Origin: Phycisphaeraceae bacterium
GTDB lineage: Bacteria > Planctomycetota > Phycisphaerae > Phycisphaerales > Phycisphaeraceae
Reading direction: 5' to 3'
Length of the DNA: 64,000 nt
Assembly: GCA_002686995.1 (NCBI GenBank)
Contig: NYZC01000403.1
Location: forward strand, 20,109-84,108
The notes under the pieces were generated by a model. The model was not told where the DNA came from and searched no databases. It saw nothing but the letters and a program-made list of their open reading frames with translations. Positions 46,285-54,494 of this stretch are shown here, in pieces (positions within the stretch are counted from its first letter, which is position 1; the number at the start of each line of letters is the position of its first letter). A program made the translations under genes and the position numbers.

Positions 46285-48645
46285 TTGTCCGGCCTGTTCC
46301 CGTCTGAGGGGCCGTCTCCCGTCGCGTTCGCCCGCGTGGCCCTCGAACAAGGCATCGACGTCTCGCCGGAAGGGCTCACCTACGGCGTGCCCGCGTCGCT
46401 GCGGGACCTGCGGGTGGGCGAGCGCGTCGTCGTGCCGCTCGGTCGCGGCGACAAGCCGGCGACCGGTTTCGTCACCGCCATCTCGGGGCACTGCGAGCTC
46501 GACGAGGTCAAGCTCGTCCGTGGCCGCGACCCCGGGTCGGTCTCGCTGACGCCCGACCTGATCGAGCTGGCGCGCTGGCTCGCCTCCTACTACTGCTGCC
46601 CGCTCGGCATGGTGTTCGCGACGATGCTCCCCGCCGCGGTGAAGCGCGGCACGGGATCGGTGACGCTGAAGGAGGTGCGCGCCGCGCCGCCGCCACCGGC
46701 CGAAGGCGACGCGGCGGCGCCGGCGGGTCCGAAGCTCACGAAGCTCCAGCAGTCCGTGCTCGACGCCGCCCGTGCGCAGACCGAGCGCGGCAAACCATGG
46801 ACGGAGGTGAAGCGACTCGCCGACCTCGGATCGGCGCGCACGGTGCGCCCGGTCCAGCAGCTGATCGCGAAGGGGATGCTGGAAACGCGCGAGCAGACCG
46901 CGGTGCGCGCCGACCCGTTCATCGATCCGCCCGGCACGCCCGCGTCGCCCGTCACGATGAGCGCCGCGCAGCAGACTGCCGTGGACCGACTGAGCCGCAG
47001 CCTCGACGCCGGCTTCGGCATCTTCCTGCTGCACGGCGTGACCGGAAGCGGCAAGACCGAGGTTTACCTGCAGCTCATCGAGCGGCTTGTTCGGATGCCG
47101 GGCGAGCGCGGCGCGATCGTCCTGGTGCCCGAGATCGCGCTGACGCCGCAAACGACGGCGCGGTTTCTTCAGCGCTTCGAGCGCGTCGCGGTGCTTCACT
47201 CGGGCCTGCGCGCCAGCCAGCGGCACGAGCAGTGGCGTCGCATCCGCACCGGCGATGCGCGCATCGTCGTCGGGGCCCGCTCCGCGATCTTCGCGCCGCT
47301 GAGCTCGATCGGCGCGATCATCGTCGACGAGGAGCACGAGCAGAGCTACAAGCAGGATCAGCTGCCGCGCTACCATGCGCGCGACGTCGCCATCCGACGG
47401 GCGCAGATTCTCGGCGTGCCCGTCGTACTTGGCTCGGCAACGCCCAGCCTCGAAAGCTATTACAACGCGACGGAGCCCATCGTCGCTCCGAAGGCGGGCA
47501 CGCCGGCCGCGCGGGGCCGATCGGCGCCCCGCTACGAACTGATCGAGCTTCCGGACCGCGTCACCGGCCTGACGCTCCCGCGCGTGCAGGTCATCGACAT
47601 GATCGCCGAGCGACGGCGCCGCCGCGGCATCCATCTGCTCAGCGGACGCCTCGAGGACCTGCTCCGGCACGTGCTGCGACACCGGGGCCAGGCGATGCTC
47701 CTGCTCAATCGGCGGGGCTATGCGAACTACGTCGCCTGCCCCGATCACCACTGCGGGTGGCAGAAGATCTGCACCTACTGCGACGCAGCCGCCGTCTACC
47801 ATCGCGACCAGGCGCTGCCGACCGGCGGCGTCATGCGCTGTCATCACTGCGACGCGGAGCAGATGCTCGAGCGCCTCTGCCCGACGTGCGGCCGGAAGGT
47901 GACGCTGTTCGGCCTGGGCACGCAGCGCGTCGAGGAGGAGCTGTCGCGCAAGCTGCCCCAGATGCGGTACCAGCGCATGGACTCCGACACGATGCGCACC
48001 GGGCGCGACTACCTGCAGACGCTCGACCGCTTCGGCGCCGGCGAGATCGACGTGCTCATCGGCACGCAGATGATCGCCAAGGGGCTGGACTACCCGAACG
48101 TGCGCCTCGTCGGCGTGATCAGCGCCGACACCGCGCTGCACCTCCCCGACTTCCGCGCCGCCGAGCGCACGTTCTCGCTCATCGCGCAGGTCGCCGGCCG
48201 GGCCGGACGCGGCGACGAGCCGGGCATCGTCGTCGTGCAGACGTACAGCCCGGAGGACGTCACGATCGACTTGGCCAGCCGCCACGACTACGCGGGCTTC
48301 GCGCAGCGCGAGCTGGCGATCCGCCGCGAGGTGGGCCTGCCGCCGGTCACGCGCATGGCCCGCATCGTCGTGCGCCACCTCGACCTCGATAAGGCGAGAC
48401 AGACGGCGCAGGCGCTCGCCGACACGCTCGCCCTGCACAACCGCCACCTCGACGAGCGCGTCGAGCTGGGCGGCCCCTCGCCCTGCCCGATCGCGCGCAT
48501 TGCCGAGCACCACCGCCTGCAGATCGAGATGACCGCGCCGGACGCGGCGACGCTGCAGCGCCTGCTCACCTCGGTCCGCAACGAAAAGCTCCTCCGCGCC
48601 GACCAGCACACGGCGATCGACATCGATCCGCTGGCCATGATGTGA
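46285..48645 (+). CDS. priA: Primosomal protein N' (replication restart helicase PriA)
   Basis: Walker A in LLHGVTGSGKTEVY, DEEH box (IIVDEEHEQSY), and a Cys-rich zinc-binding insertion (CPDHHCGWQKICTYCD...CHHCD...CPTCG). The TTG start directly abuts the yggS stop. Confidence 0.9.
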   Translation: MSGLFPSEGPSPVAFARVALEQGIDVSPEGLTYGVPASLRDLRVGERVVVPLGRGDKPATGFVTAISGHCELDEVKLVRGRDPGSVSLTPDLIELARWLASYYCCPLGMVFATMLPAAVKRGTGSVTLKEVRAAPPPPAEGDAAAPAGPKLTKLQQSVLDAARAQTERGKPWTEVKRLADLGSARTVRPVQQLIAKGMLETREQTAVRADPFIDPPGTPASPVTMSAAQQTAVDRLSRSLDAGFGIFLLHGVTGSGKTEVYLQLIERLVRMPGERGAIVLVPEIALTPQTTARFLQRFERVAVLHSGLRASQRHEQWRRIRTGDARIVVGARSAIFAPLSSIGAIIVDEEHEQSYKQDQLPRYHARDVAIRRAQILGVPVVLGSATPSLESYYNATEPIVAPKAGTPAARGRSAPRYELIELPDRVTGLTLPRVQVIDMIAERRRRRGIHLLSGRLEDLLRHVLRHRGQAMLLLNRRGYANYVACPDHHCGWQKICTYCDAAAVYHRDQALPTGGVMRCHHCDAEQMLERLCPTCGRKVTLFGLGTQRVEEELSRKLPQMRYQRMDSDTMRTGRDYLQTLDRFGAGEIDVLIGTQMIAKGLDYPNVRLVGVISADTALHLPDFRAAERTFSLIAQVAGRAGRGDEPGIVVVQTYSPEDVTIDLASRHDYAGFAQRELAIRREVGLPPVTRMARIVVRHLDLDKARQTAQALADTLALHNRHLDERVELGGPSPCPIARIAEHHRLQIEMTAPDAATLQRLLTSVRNEKLLRADQHTAIDIDPLAMM

Positions 48646-48705
48646 CCAGGGCACACGGGCTTCATGACGGCGGCGCGCGGCGCGAAGGCGACCGACGGAC
48701 CGTGG

Positions 48706-48734
48706 CGAACCGCGCGGCGTAAGCCCGCGGGTCG
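48706..48734. repeat. REP-like family 2, partial copy
   Basis: CGAACCGCGCGGCGTAAGCCCGCGGGTCG matches the reverse complement of 51624-51652 with one mismatch. Confidence 0.6.
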
Positions 48735-48798
48735 ATTGGGCCACGGCGCAGGGGTACCTCGGGCTCGACGGAACCGGGTGTGCAGTCCACCCGCCGCC

Positions 48799-48888
48799 CG
48801 ACCTTCGACCTTCGACCTTCCGACCTTCCGACCTTCGACCTTCCGACCTTCGACCTTCCGACCTTCGACCTTCCGACCTTCGACCTTC
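48799..48888. repeat. Tandem repeat, 12 copies of CGACCTT(C) (7/8 bp; 15-bp higher-order unit)
   Basis: Unit lengths read directly are 7,7,8,8,7,8,7,8,7,8,7,8, totalling 90 bp. It is intergenic, ending 24 nt upstream of the mutS ATG. Confidence 0.95.
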
Positions 48889-48912
48889 AACGCCCGACGT
48901 TAGAATCCCCCC

Positions 48913-51564
48913 ATGTCCCCCGCCCGCGCTACCAGTGACACGCCCGCGATGCGGCAGTACCGGCGCTTCAAGGAGGCGCATCCGCACTGCATCCTGTTCT
49001 TCCGGATGGGGGACTTCTACGAACTGTTCTTCGAAGACGCGAAGATCGCCCACAAGGTGCTCGGCGTCACGCTGACGCAGCGCACCAAGGGCGTGCCGAT
49101 GGCCGGGGTGCCGTATCACGCCGTCGAGAACTACCTGCGCCGCATCATCGTCGCGGGATACCGCGTCGCGGTCTGCGACCAGGTCGAGGATCCGCGCACC
49201 GCCAAGGGCATCGTCCGGCGCGACGTCACGCGCGTCATCACGCCGGGGACGCTGACCGACGATGCGATGCTCGAGGAGTCCGAGGAGAACCCGCTCGCCG
49301 CGGTGACCCTCGACGACGACTCGGCGGAGCTGGCCTGGGCCGACCTGAGCACCGGCTCGTTCCACGTCGCACGGCTCGCGCTGCGCGACCTGCCGGACGA
49401 GGTCGCCCGCGTGGCGCCGCGCGAGCTGCTTTTCGCCGAGACCGCGGACGGCGGCGTGCCGAAGTCCATCCAGGCGCTGATCGACGCGCGCGGATGCGCC
49501 TCGATGGCGCGGCCCGCGTGGCAGTTCGGCGCCCGCGAAGCGCAGGAGATCCTGCAGCGCCAGTTCGAGGTGAAGACGCTCGAGGGATTCGGGTTCGAGG
49601 AACGCGACCCGGTGCTGCGCCCGGCCGCGGCGATCGTGCACTACCTGCTCGAGACGCAGGTGCGCGGCGAGGCCGGCGAGGGCCGCATCCCGCACCTGCG
49701 ACCGCCCCGCCAATTCACGCGCAGTGACCATCTCGTCGTCGACCAGGTTTCGCTGCGCAGCCTCGAGGTCGAACGGACGATCCGTTCCGAGCAGGTCAGC
49801 GGCAGCCTGCTCGGCGTGCTCCAGGACTGCCGCACGCCGATGGGCAAACGGCTGCTGCGCCACTGGCTCTGCTACCCGCTCGCGCGCCGCGACGCGATCG
49901 AGCAGAGGCAGAGCGTCGTCGCGGCCCTCGTCGAGGACGCGACATTCCTGGACGGCCTGGTCGCCGTGCTCAATGACATCCAGGACGTGCAGCGCATGAT
50001 CGGACGCATCGCGGTCGGCCGCGCGTCGCCGCGCGACCTCGTCGCACTGTGCACCAGCGCGGGCACCGCCGCGCAGCTGGCCGACCTCGTCGCCGATCGC
50101 CCCACCGTTGCCGCATACCACCGACGTCTCGACCCGATCGTGGGGCCGCTGGGCGAGTTGGCCTCGACGGTGGCGGCCGCGTGCGTCGAAGCTCCGCCCG
50201 GCCACCTGCGCGAAGGGGGCCTGTTCCGCGACGGACACGACGCGGAGCTCGACGAGTACCGCATGCTCCAGCGCGACAGCGACACGTGGCTGGCGAACTA
50301 CCAGAAGCAGCTGACGGAGCAGACCGGCATCGCCAGCCTCAAGGTGGGCTACAACAAGGTGTTCGGCTTCTACATCGAGCTGACCGCCGCCAACCGCGAC
50401 CGCGCCCCCGCCGACTGGACGCGCAAGCAGACGCTCAAGAACGCCGAGCGCTTCATCACGCCGCAGCTGAAGGAGTACGAAGGCAAGGTGCTCTCCGCCC
50501 GTGAACGGGCCGTGCAGCGCGAGCTCGACCTGTTCGCCGAGCTTTGCGCCCTGACCCAGGACCACCTGCACCATCTTCACGAGTTCGGGCAGGTGACCGC
50601 GGAGCTCGACGTGCTCGCCTGCTTCGCCCGCCGGGCCGTGCGCCACCGCTACGTGCGACCGCGCATCGTCGACGAGCCGGTGCTCCACGTCGACGGCGGA
50701 CGACACCCGGTGCTCGACGAGGTGCTCGGCGACCGGTTCGTGCCCAACGACGTGCGGCTCGGGCGCGACGAGGCGTCCGAAGACGCCGAGGCGCCGTCGC
50801 TCGCGCTGATCACCGGCCCCAACATGGCCGGCAAGTCGACCTACATCCGCCAGACCGCACTGATCGTGCTGCTCGCCCACACCGGCAGCTTCGTGCCCGC
50901 GGACCGCGCGGTCGTCGGTCGCTGCGACCGAATCTTCACGCGCATCGGCGCCAGTGACGAACTGCACACCGGGCAGTCGACGTTCATGGTCGAGATGATC
51001 GAGACGGCGAACCTCTGCCATCACGCCAGTGCGCACAGCCTCGTGATCCTGGACGAGATCGGCCGCGGCACGAGCACGCTCGACGGCCTGGCCCTGGCGT
51101 GGGCGATCACCGAAGCGCTCGCGGCGCGCGGATGCCGCACGCTGTTCGCGACGCACTACCACGAGCTGACGTCGCTCGCGGAGCAGTTCGAGCAGGTCGT
51201 GAACCTCAACGTCACGGTGCGCGAGTGGGAGGACCAGATCGTCTTCCTGCACCGGATCGTGCCGGGAGCGACGGACCGCAGCTACGGCATTCACGTGGCG
51301 AAGATCGCGGGACTGCCGTCGTCGATCGTGGATCGCGCCAATGAAGTGCTCGCGAGGCTGCAGGTGAGTCACGAGGCGCCGGTGACGCCGGGCGAAGCGT
51401 CGGCCGCCGCGTCGCCACCGCGCGACGGGCAGATGTCACTGTTTACCGAGTATCTCGATCATCCGGTGGTGGTCGAGCTGCGCGAGATGGATCTGAACCG
51501 CATCAACCCGATGGACGCGTTCGATGCGCTGCGACGCCTGCGCCAAGCGCTGGAGCGGGAGTAG
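48913..51564 (+). CDS. mutS: DNA mismatch repair protein MutS
   Basis: TPAMRQYRRFKEAHPHCILFFRMGDFYELF (mismatch-binding N-terminus), GPNMAGKSTYIRQ (Walker A), and DEIGRGTST. Confidence 0.95.
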   Translation: MSPARATSDTPAMRQYRRFKEAHPHCILFFRMGDFYELFFEDAKIAHKVLGVTLTQRTKGVPMAGVPYHAVENYLRRIIVAGYRVAVCDQVEDPRTAKGIVRRDVTRVITPGTLTDDAMLEESEENPLAAVTLDDDSAELAWADLSTGSFHVARLALRDLPDEVARVAPRELLFAETADGGVPKSIQALIDARGCASMARPAWQFGAREAQEILQRQFEVKTLEGFGFEERDPVLRPAAAIVHYLLETQVRGEAGEGRIPHLRPPRQFTRSDHLVVDQVSLRSLEVERTIRSEQVSGSLLGVLQDCRTPMGKRLLRHWLCYPLARRDAIEQRQSVVAALVEDATFLDGLVAVLNDIQDVQRMIGRIAVGRASPRDLVALCTSAGTAAQLADLVADRPTVAAYHRRLDPIVGPLGELASTVAAACVEAPPGHLREGGLFRDGHDAELDEYRMLQRDSDTWLANYQKQLTEQTGIASLKVGYNKVFGFYIELTAANRDRAPADWTRKQTLKNAERFITPQLKEYEGKVLSARERAVQRELDLFAELCALTQDHLHHLHEFGQVTAELDVLACFARRAVRHRYVRPRIVDEPVLHVDGGRHPVLDEVLGDRFVPNDVRLGRDEASEDAEAPSLALITGPNMAGKSTYIRQTALIVLLAHTGSFVPADRAVVGRCDRIFTRIGASDELHTGQSTFMVEMIETANLCHHASAHSLVILDEIGRGTSTLDGLALAWAITEALAARGCRTLFATHYHELTSLAEQFEQVVNLNVTVREWEDQIVFLHRIVPGATDRSYGIHVAKIAGLPSSIVDRANEVLARLQVSHEAPVTPGEASAAASPPRDGQMSLFTEYLDHPVVVELREMDLNRINPMDAFDALRRLRQALERE

Positions 51565-51620
51565 GGGTGGGGTATGGGGGGCGCGCATGCGCGGCGCTCA
51601 CTGTAGATTATCGTGACCGC

Positions 51621-51716
51621 GTGCCACCCGCGGGCTGACGCCGCGCGGTTCGCAGGGCCGGCTGGCGTACCGTGGGCGTCAGCCGGCGTCAGCCCACGGG
51701 TCGGACGTGCAGCGGC
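51621..51716. repeat. REP-like family 2, composite copy with internal inverted repeats
   Basis: ACCCGCGGGCTGACGCC ... GGCGTCAGCC GGCGTCAGCCCACGGGT. It is in inverted orientation relative to the copy at 43263-43316. Confidence 0.75.
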
Positions 51717-51747
51717 GCGAGGACGGCGGCGCGCTCGATACGAGCAA

Positions 51748-51787
51748 CAAAAAAACCGGCCCGCCGACAGTACTATCCGGCGGACCG
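51748..51787 (-). terminator. Terminator-like hairpin oriented for the minus strand
   Basis: On the minus strand, CCGGTCCGCCG / CGGCGGGCCGG (11 bp, one mismatch) with a 10-nt loop is followed by seven U. No annotated minus-strand gene lies upstream of it. Confidence 0.3.
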
Positions 51788-51971
51788 GGAGGGGGAGGCT
51801 TGGGTGGAGGTCCACCTGAACAATGTTGTCAGGGGCGTCAGGTATTCCATCGAGGCCGAAATGTTTGCAGGATGTTCGCACGGTCCGGCGGCGGAGGTTC
51901 CAACGTGTTGCCGTGCCATTACTTGCGGGGATCGCGGCCGACACGCCAATGCAATAGGATCTGTCCCAGTG

Positions 51972-52466
51972 ATGCCCGCACCCCATACCCCCCCGCAGGC
52001 GGCCGCCGGCAGTTCGGCCCGCATCGAGACCGGTCTCCAGGCGGGTCCGGTCGCCCAGGGTGATCTGCCCTGGCCCGACGACTGCGGCGGCGAGGCATGC
52101 TTCGTCGGGCGCACGCGCGGCGAGGATCATCCCGAGTACGGACCACTCGTCCGCCTGGAATACGAAGCCTACGCGCCGATGGCAGAGCGCGTGCTGCGCG
52201 ACATGGCCGAAACCGCGGCGCGCCGATTCGGGCTCGGAGCCGTCCGCATGATCCATTCGATCGGCGCCGTCGATCCGGGTGAAGGCAGTGTCATCATCCA
52301 GGTCGCCGCGCCGCACCGCGCCGAAGCGTTCGACGGTTGCCGATATCTCATCGACACGCTCAAGCGTGCGCTGCCCGTGTGGAAACGCGAGATCTGGCAG
52401 CGCGGCGAAACGTTCGTCGAGGGCTGCCCCGCACATCCGGAAGACCGGGGGGAGCGCGATGCGTAG
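51972..52466 (+). CDS. moaE: Molybdopterin synthase catalytic subunit MoaE
   Basis: CFVGRTRGE...LEYEAYAPMAE...HSIGAVDPGEGSVIIQVAAPHRAEAFDGCRYLIDTLKRALPVWKRE. The start is set at the ATG at 51972, and the upstream part of the track ORF is ignored. Confidence 0.85.
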   Translation: MPAPHTPPQAAAGSSARIETGLQAGPVAQGDLPWPDDCGGEACFVGRTRGEDHPEYGPLVRLEYEAYAPMAERVLRDMAETAARRFGLGAVRMIHSIGAVDPGEGSVIIQVAAPHRAEAFDGCRYLIDTLKRALPVWKREIWQRGETFVEGCPAHPEDRGERDA

Positions 52467-53148
52467 TCTTACCTCCTGGCGACTCGTCCAGGGCTTCTAC
52501 TGGCTGGCCGCCGGGACCTGGTTCGGAGCGCTCGTCATGCTCTGCATCGTGGCGCCGACCACGTTCCGCACGATCTACGAGCAGAAGCCCGTGATGCCCG
52601 CGTTCTCGAAGCTCGACCCCGCCGCCATCGCGGCCGGTGGCGCCGGCGAGGGTTTCCAGTCGATGATGCAGACGACGTCGGTCGAGTCCATGAACCGTCT
52701 CGCCGGCTCGATCGTCGGGCGGTCCATCGACGGCCTTCGCCGCCTTCAGTGGATCTGCGCGGTCGTGATCGTCCTGGCCGTCCTCCTGCATCACACCGTC
52801 TTCGCCCGCAGAATGCCGTCGCGCGGTCTCGTCCAGTGGCTGAACAACCTCCGCGTGACCCTGATCCTCGTGCCGGTCCTGGTGCTCGCCGCCGACTCGT
52901 TCTGGATAAGCCCGCAGATGAAGGCGGCCCGCGCGGTGAAGAACGACCCGGCCCAGGCCGAGGAGGCGGTGGCGCGTGCCGAGAGGTCGTTCGACCGATA
53001 CCATGGGCTCAGCGAAAGGTTGATCAGCGTACAGATCGCGATGCTTGGCGCGGCGATTCTCGCCTCGGGCTTCGCGCTGCACGGAACGGCCGGCGATCCG
53101 GCCGAACAGGGCATGGAGCATGCAGGAACCGCAGAGCATCGAGCTTGA
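52459..53148 (+). CDS. Hypothetical polytopic membrane protein (DUF4149/TMEM205-like look)
   Basis: MRSLTSWRLVQGFYWLAAGTWFGALVMLCIVAP... with four predicted TM helices. The ATG overlaps the moaE stop. Confidence 0.55.
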   Translation: MRSLTSWRLVQGFYWLAAGTWFGALVMLCIVAPTTFRTIYEQKPVMPAFSKLDPAAIAAGGAGEGFQSMMQTTSVESMNRLAGSIVGRSIDGLRRLQWICAVVIVLAVLLHHTVFARRMPSRGLVQWLNNLRVTLILVPVLVLAADSFWISPQMKAARAVKNDPAQAEEAVARAERSFDRYHGLSERLISVQIAMLGAAILASGFALHGTAGDPAEQGMEHAGTAEHRA

Positions 53149-53671
53149 AATCTGTGTCGCGGCCCGGGAACTGTGGCTGCGCGGCCTCATCGCCGGATGC
53201 GACGGGCTGATCAGCGTCGAGCACCATCGCCGGCGCTACGTCGCCACGCCGCCCGCGCGCCGCCTGAGCTCGCTCGAACCGACCGAGCTGCTGACGGTCG
53301 ACGTGGGCGGCCTGTCGGTCGAGTCGAACGTCGGCATCGACCAGGCGGACTGGCTGCCGCATCGCCTCGCCTACCAGAAGCGCGTCGACAACGGCGCCGA
53401 CGCCGTGCGCTCGACGGTGATGGCCTGCCCGCCGATGACGCTCGCCCTGATTCGAAAGCGCGGGCGCGGCCAGCCGCTGAGCCTTCCTCACCAGCCCGAC
53501 GTCGCGATGGCCGAAGGCGACGAGGCGTCGATCCGCCAGGCGATCGCCGATCACCGCGTCACCGTGGTCGCCGACCGCGGCGTGCTCGTCACCGGTCGCG
53601 ATCTCGCCGAGGCGTTGAACACGCTCGAGCAGATCGAGCACGCGGCCACGGTGGAGCTTGCGTGCCTGTAG
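53120..53671 (+). CDS. Class II aldolase/adducin N-terminal-domain-like protein
   Basis: ARELWLRGLIAGCDGLISVE ... LLTVDVGG ... VVADRGVLVTGRDLAEALNTLEQIEHAA follows the class II aldolase fold pattern. The canonical His metal ligands are not obvious. Confidence 0.55.
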   Translation: MQEPQSIELEICVAARELWLRGLIAGCDGLISVEHHRRRYVATPPARRLSSLEPTELLTVDVGGLSVESNVGIDQADWLPHRLAYQKRVDNGADAVRSTVMACPPMTLALIRKRGRGQPLSLPHQPDVAMAEGDEASIRQAIADHRVTVVADRGVLVTGRDLAEALNTLEQIEHAATVELACL

Positions 53672-54399
53672 CCGGTGCTCCGATAGCGCCGAAGCTCAGA
53701 AGCCAGAATTCAGAAGTGCCCGACTCGACTCCGAAGAGCTCACGGAAGAAGCTGCCGCGCACGACGGCGGCGGCGCGCGAGAAGGCCGACCGGATCTACA
53801 GGGAGCTGGAAGCGCTCTACCCGGACGCGACCTGCGCCCTGAAGCACCGGGGCCCGTTTCAGCTGCTGATCGCGACGATCCTTTCGGCGCAGTGCACCGA
53901 CGTCCGCGTCAACATGGTGACGCCGGCGCTTTTCCGGCGCTTTCCGACACCGCGGCGCATGGCCGACGCCGGCCGGGACGAGCTCGAGGAGCTGGTGCGC
54001 ACGACCGGCTTCTTTCGCAACAAGGCGAAGTCGATCAAGGGCGCCAGCACGCGCATCACCGACCTTCACGGCGGGCGCGTGCCGAAGGCGATGGACGAGC
54101 TCCTGCAGCTTCCGGGCGTGGCGCGCAAGACCGCGAACGTCGTGCTGGGCAACGCCTTCGGGATCAACGAGGGCGTCGTGGTGGACACCCACGTCGGCCG
54201 GCTCAGCCGTCGCCTCGGCCTCACCCGCCAGAAGGATCCGGTCCGGATCGAGCGCGACCTCATGGTCCGGTTCGATGCGTCGCGCTGGACCATGCTCGCG
54301 CACCTGCTCATCTACCACGGCCGCCAGGTCTGCGCCGCGCGCAAGCCTAAATGTGAAGACTGCGCGCTGGCGGAGCTGTGCCCGAAGGTCGGGGTGTGA
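53662..54399 (+). CDS. nth: Endonuclease III (DNA glycosylase/AP lyase)
   Basis: FQLLIATILSAQCTDVRVN, LPGVARKTANVVL (HhH), VDTHVGR, and the 4Fe-4S cluster CAARKPKCEDCALAELC. A GTG start at 53662 is assumed. Confidence 0.85.
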   Translation: MPVAGAPIAPKLRSQNSEVPDSTPKSSRKKLPRTTAAAREKADRIYRELEALYPDATCALKHRGPFQLLIATILSAQCTDVRVNMVTPALFRRFPTPRRMADAGRDELEELVRTTGFFRNKAKSIKGASTRITDLHGGRVPKAMDELLQLPGVARKTANVVLGNAFGINEGVVVDTHVGRLSRRLGLTRQKDPVRIERDLMVRFDASRWTMLAHLLIYHGRQVCAARKPKCEDCALAELCPKVGV

Positions 54400-54494
54400 A
54401 GCGCGCCATGGCAGGACGAGCTCCCGCGAGGCCGCGACACCGGATGTCGTGCTGAACACTTGACACTCCCCCGCCCCCTCCCCACACTCGCCGC

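Noticed and set aside
48799-48888. Possible CRISPR array or coding repeat (translates as KVEGR x n on the minus strand).
   Set aside because: The units are only 7-8 bp and directly abut with no spacers, and no cas genes are present. The minus-strand ORF that contains it (48288..48890) overlaps priA and has no other coding signal.
45535-51372. 1,945-aa minus-strand ORF spanning yggS, priA and mutS. Similar very long ORFs occur at 25804..30294(+), 30514..33699(+), 39364..43290(+), 54312..57038(-), 3926..5293(-) and 19869..21317(+).
   Set aside because: Each lies antisense to, or frame-shifted within, genes with unmistakable family signatures (MutS, PriA, RTX, M50/HlyD, TRAP, Mrp, RibB). Their translations are low-complexity Arg/Ala/Gly/Asp/His/Val strings typical of stop-codon-poor alternative frames in high-GC DNA.
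43263-51716. Inverted REP2 copies as terminal inverted repeats of a composite transposon or island carrying cca-dedA-yggS-priA-mutS.
   Set aside because: The content is core housekeeping, and I saw no transposase or integrase, no target-site duplication, and no GC or codon discontinuity. A third partial copy inside the interval argues for a dispersed REP family.
51800-51971. Moco (molybdenum cofactor) riboswitch upstream of moaE.
   Set aside because: The genomic context fits, but I could not recognise the conserved Moco-motif core from the sequence by eye. It needs a covariance-model search before any claim can be made.
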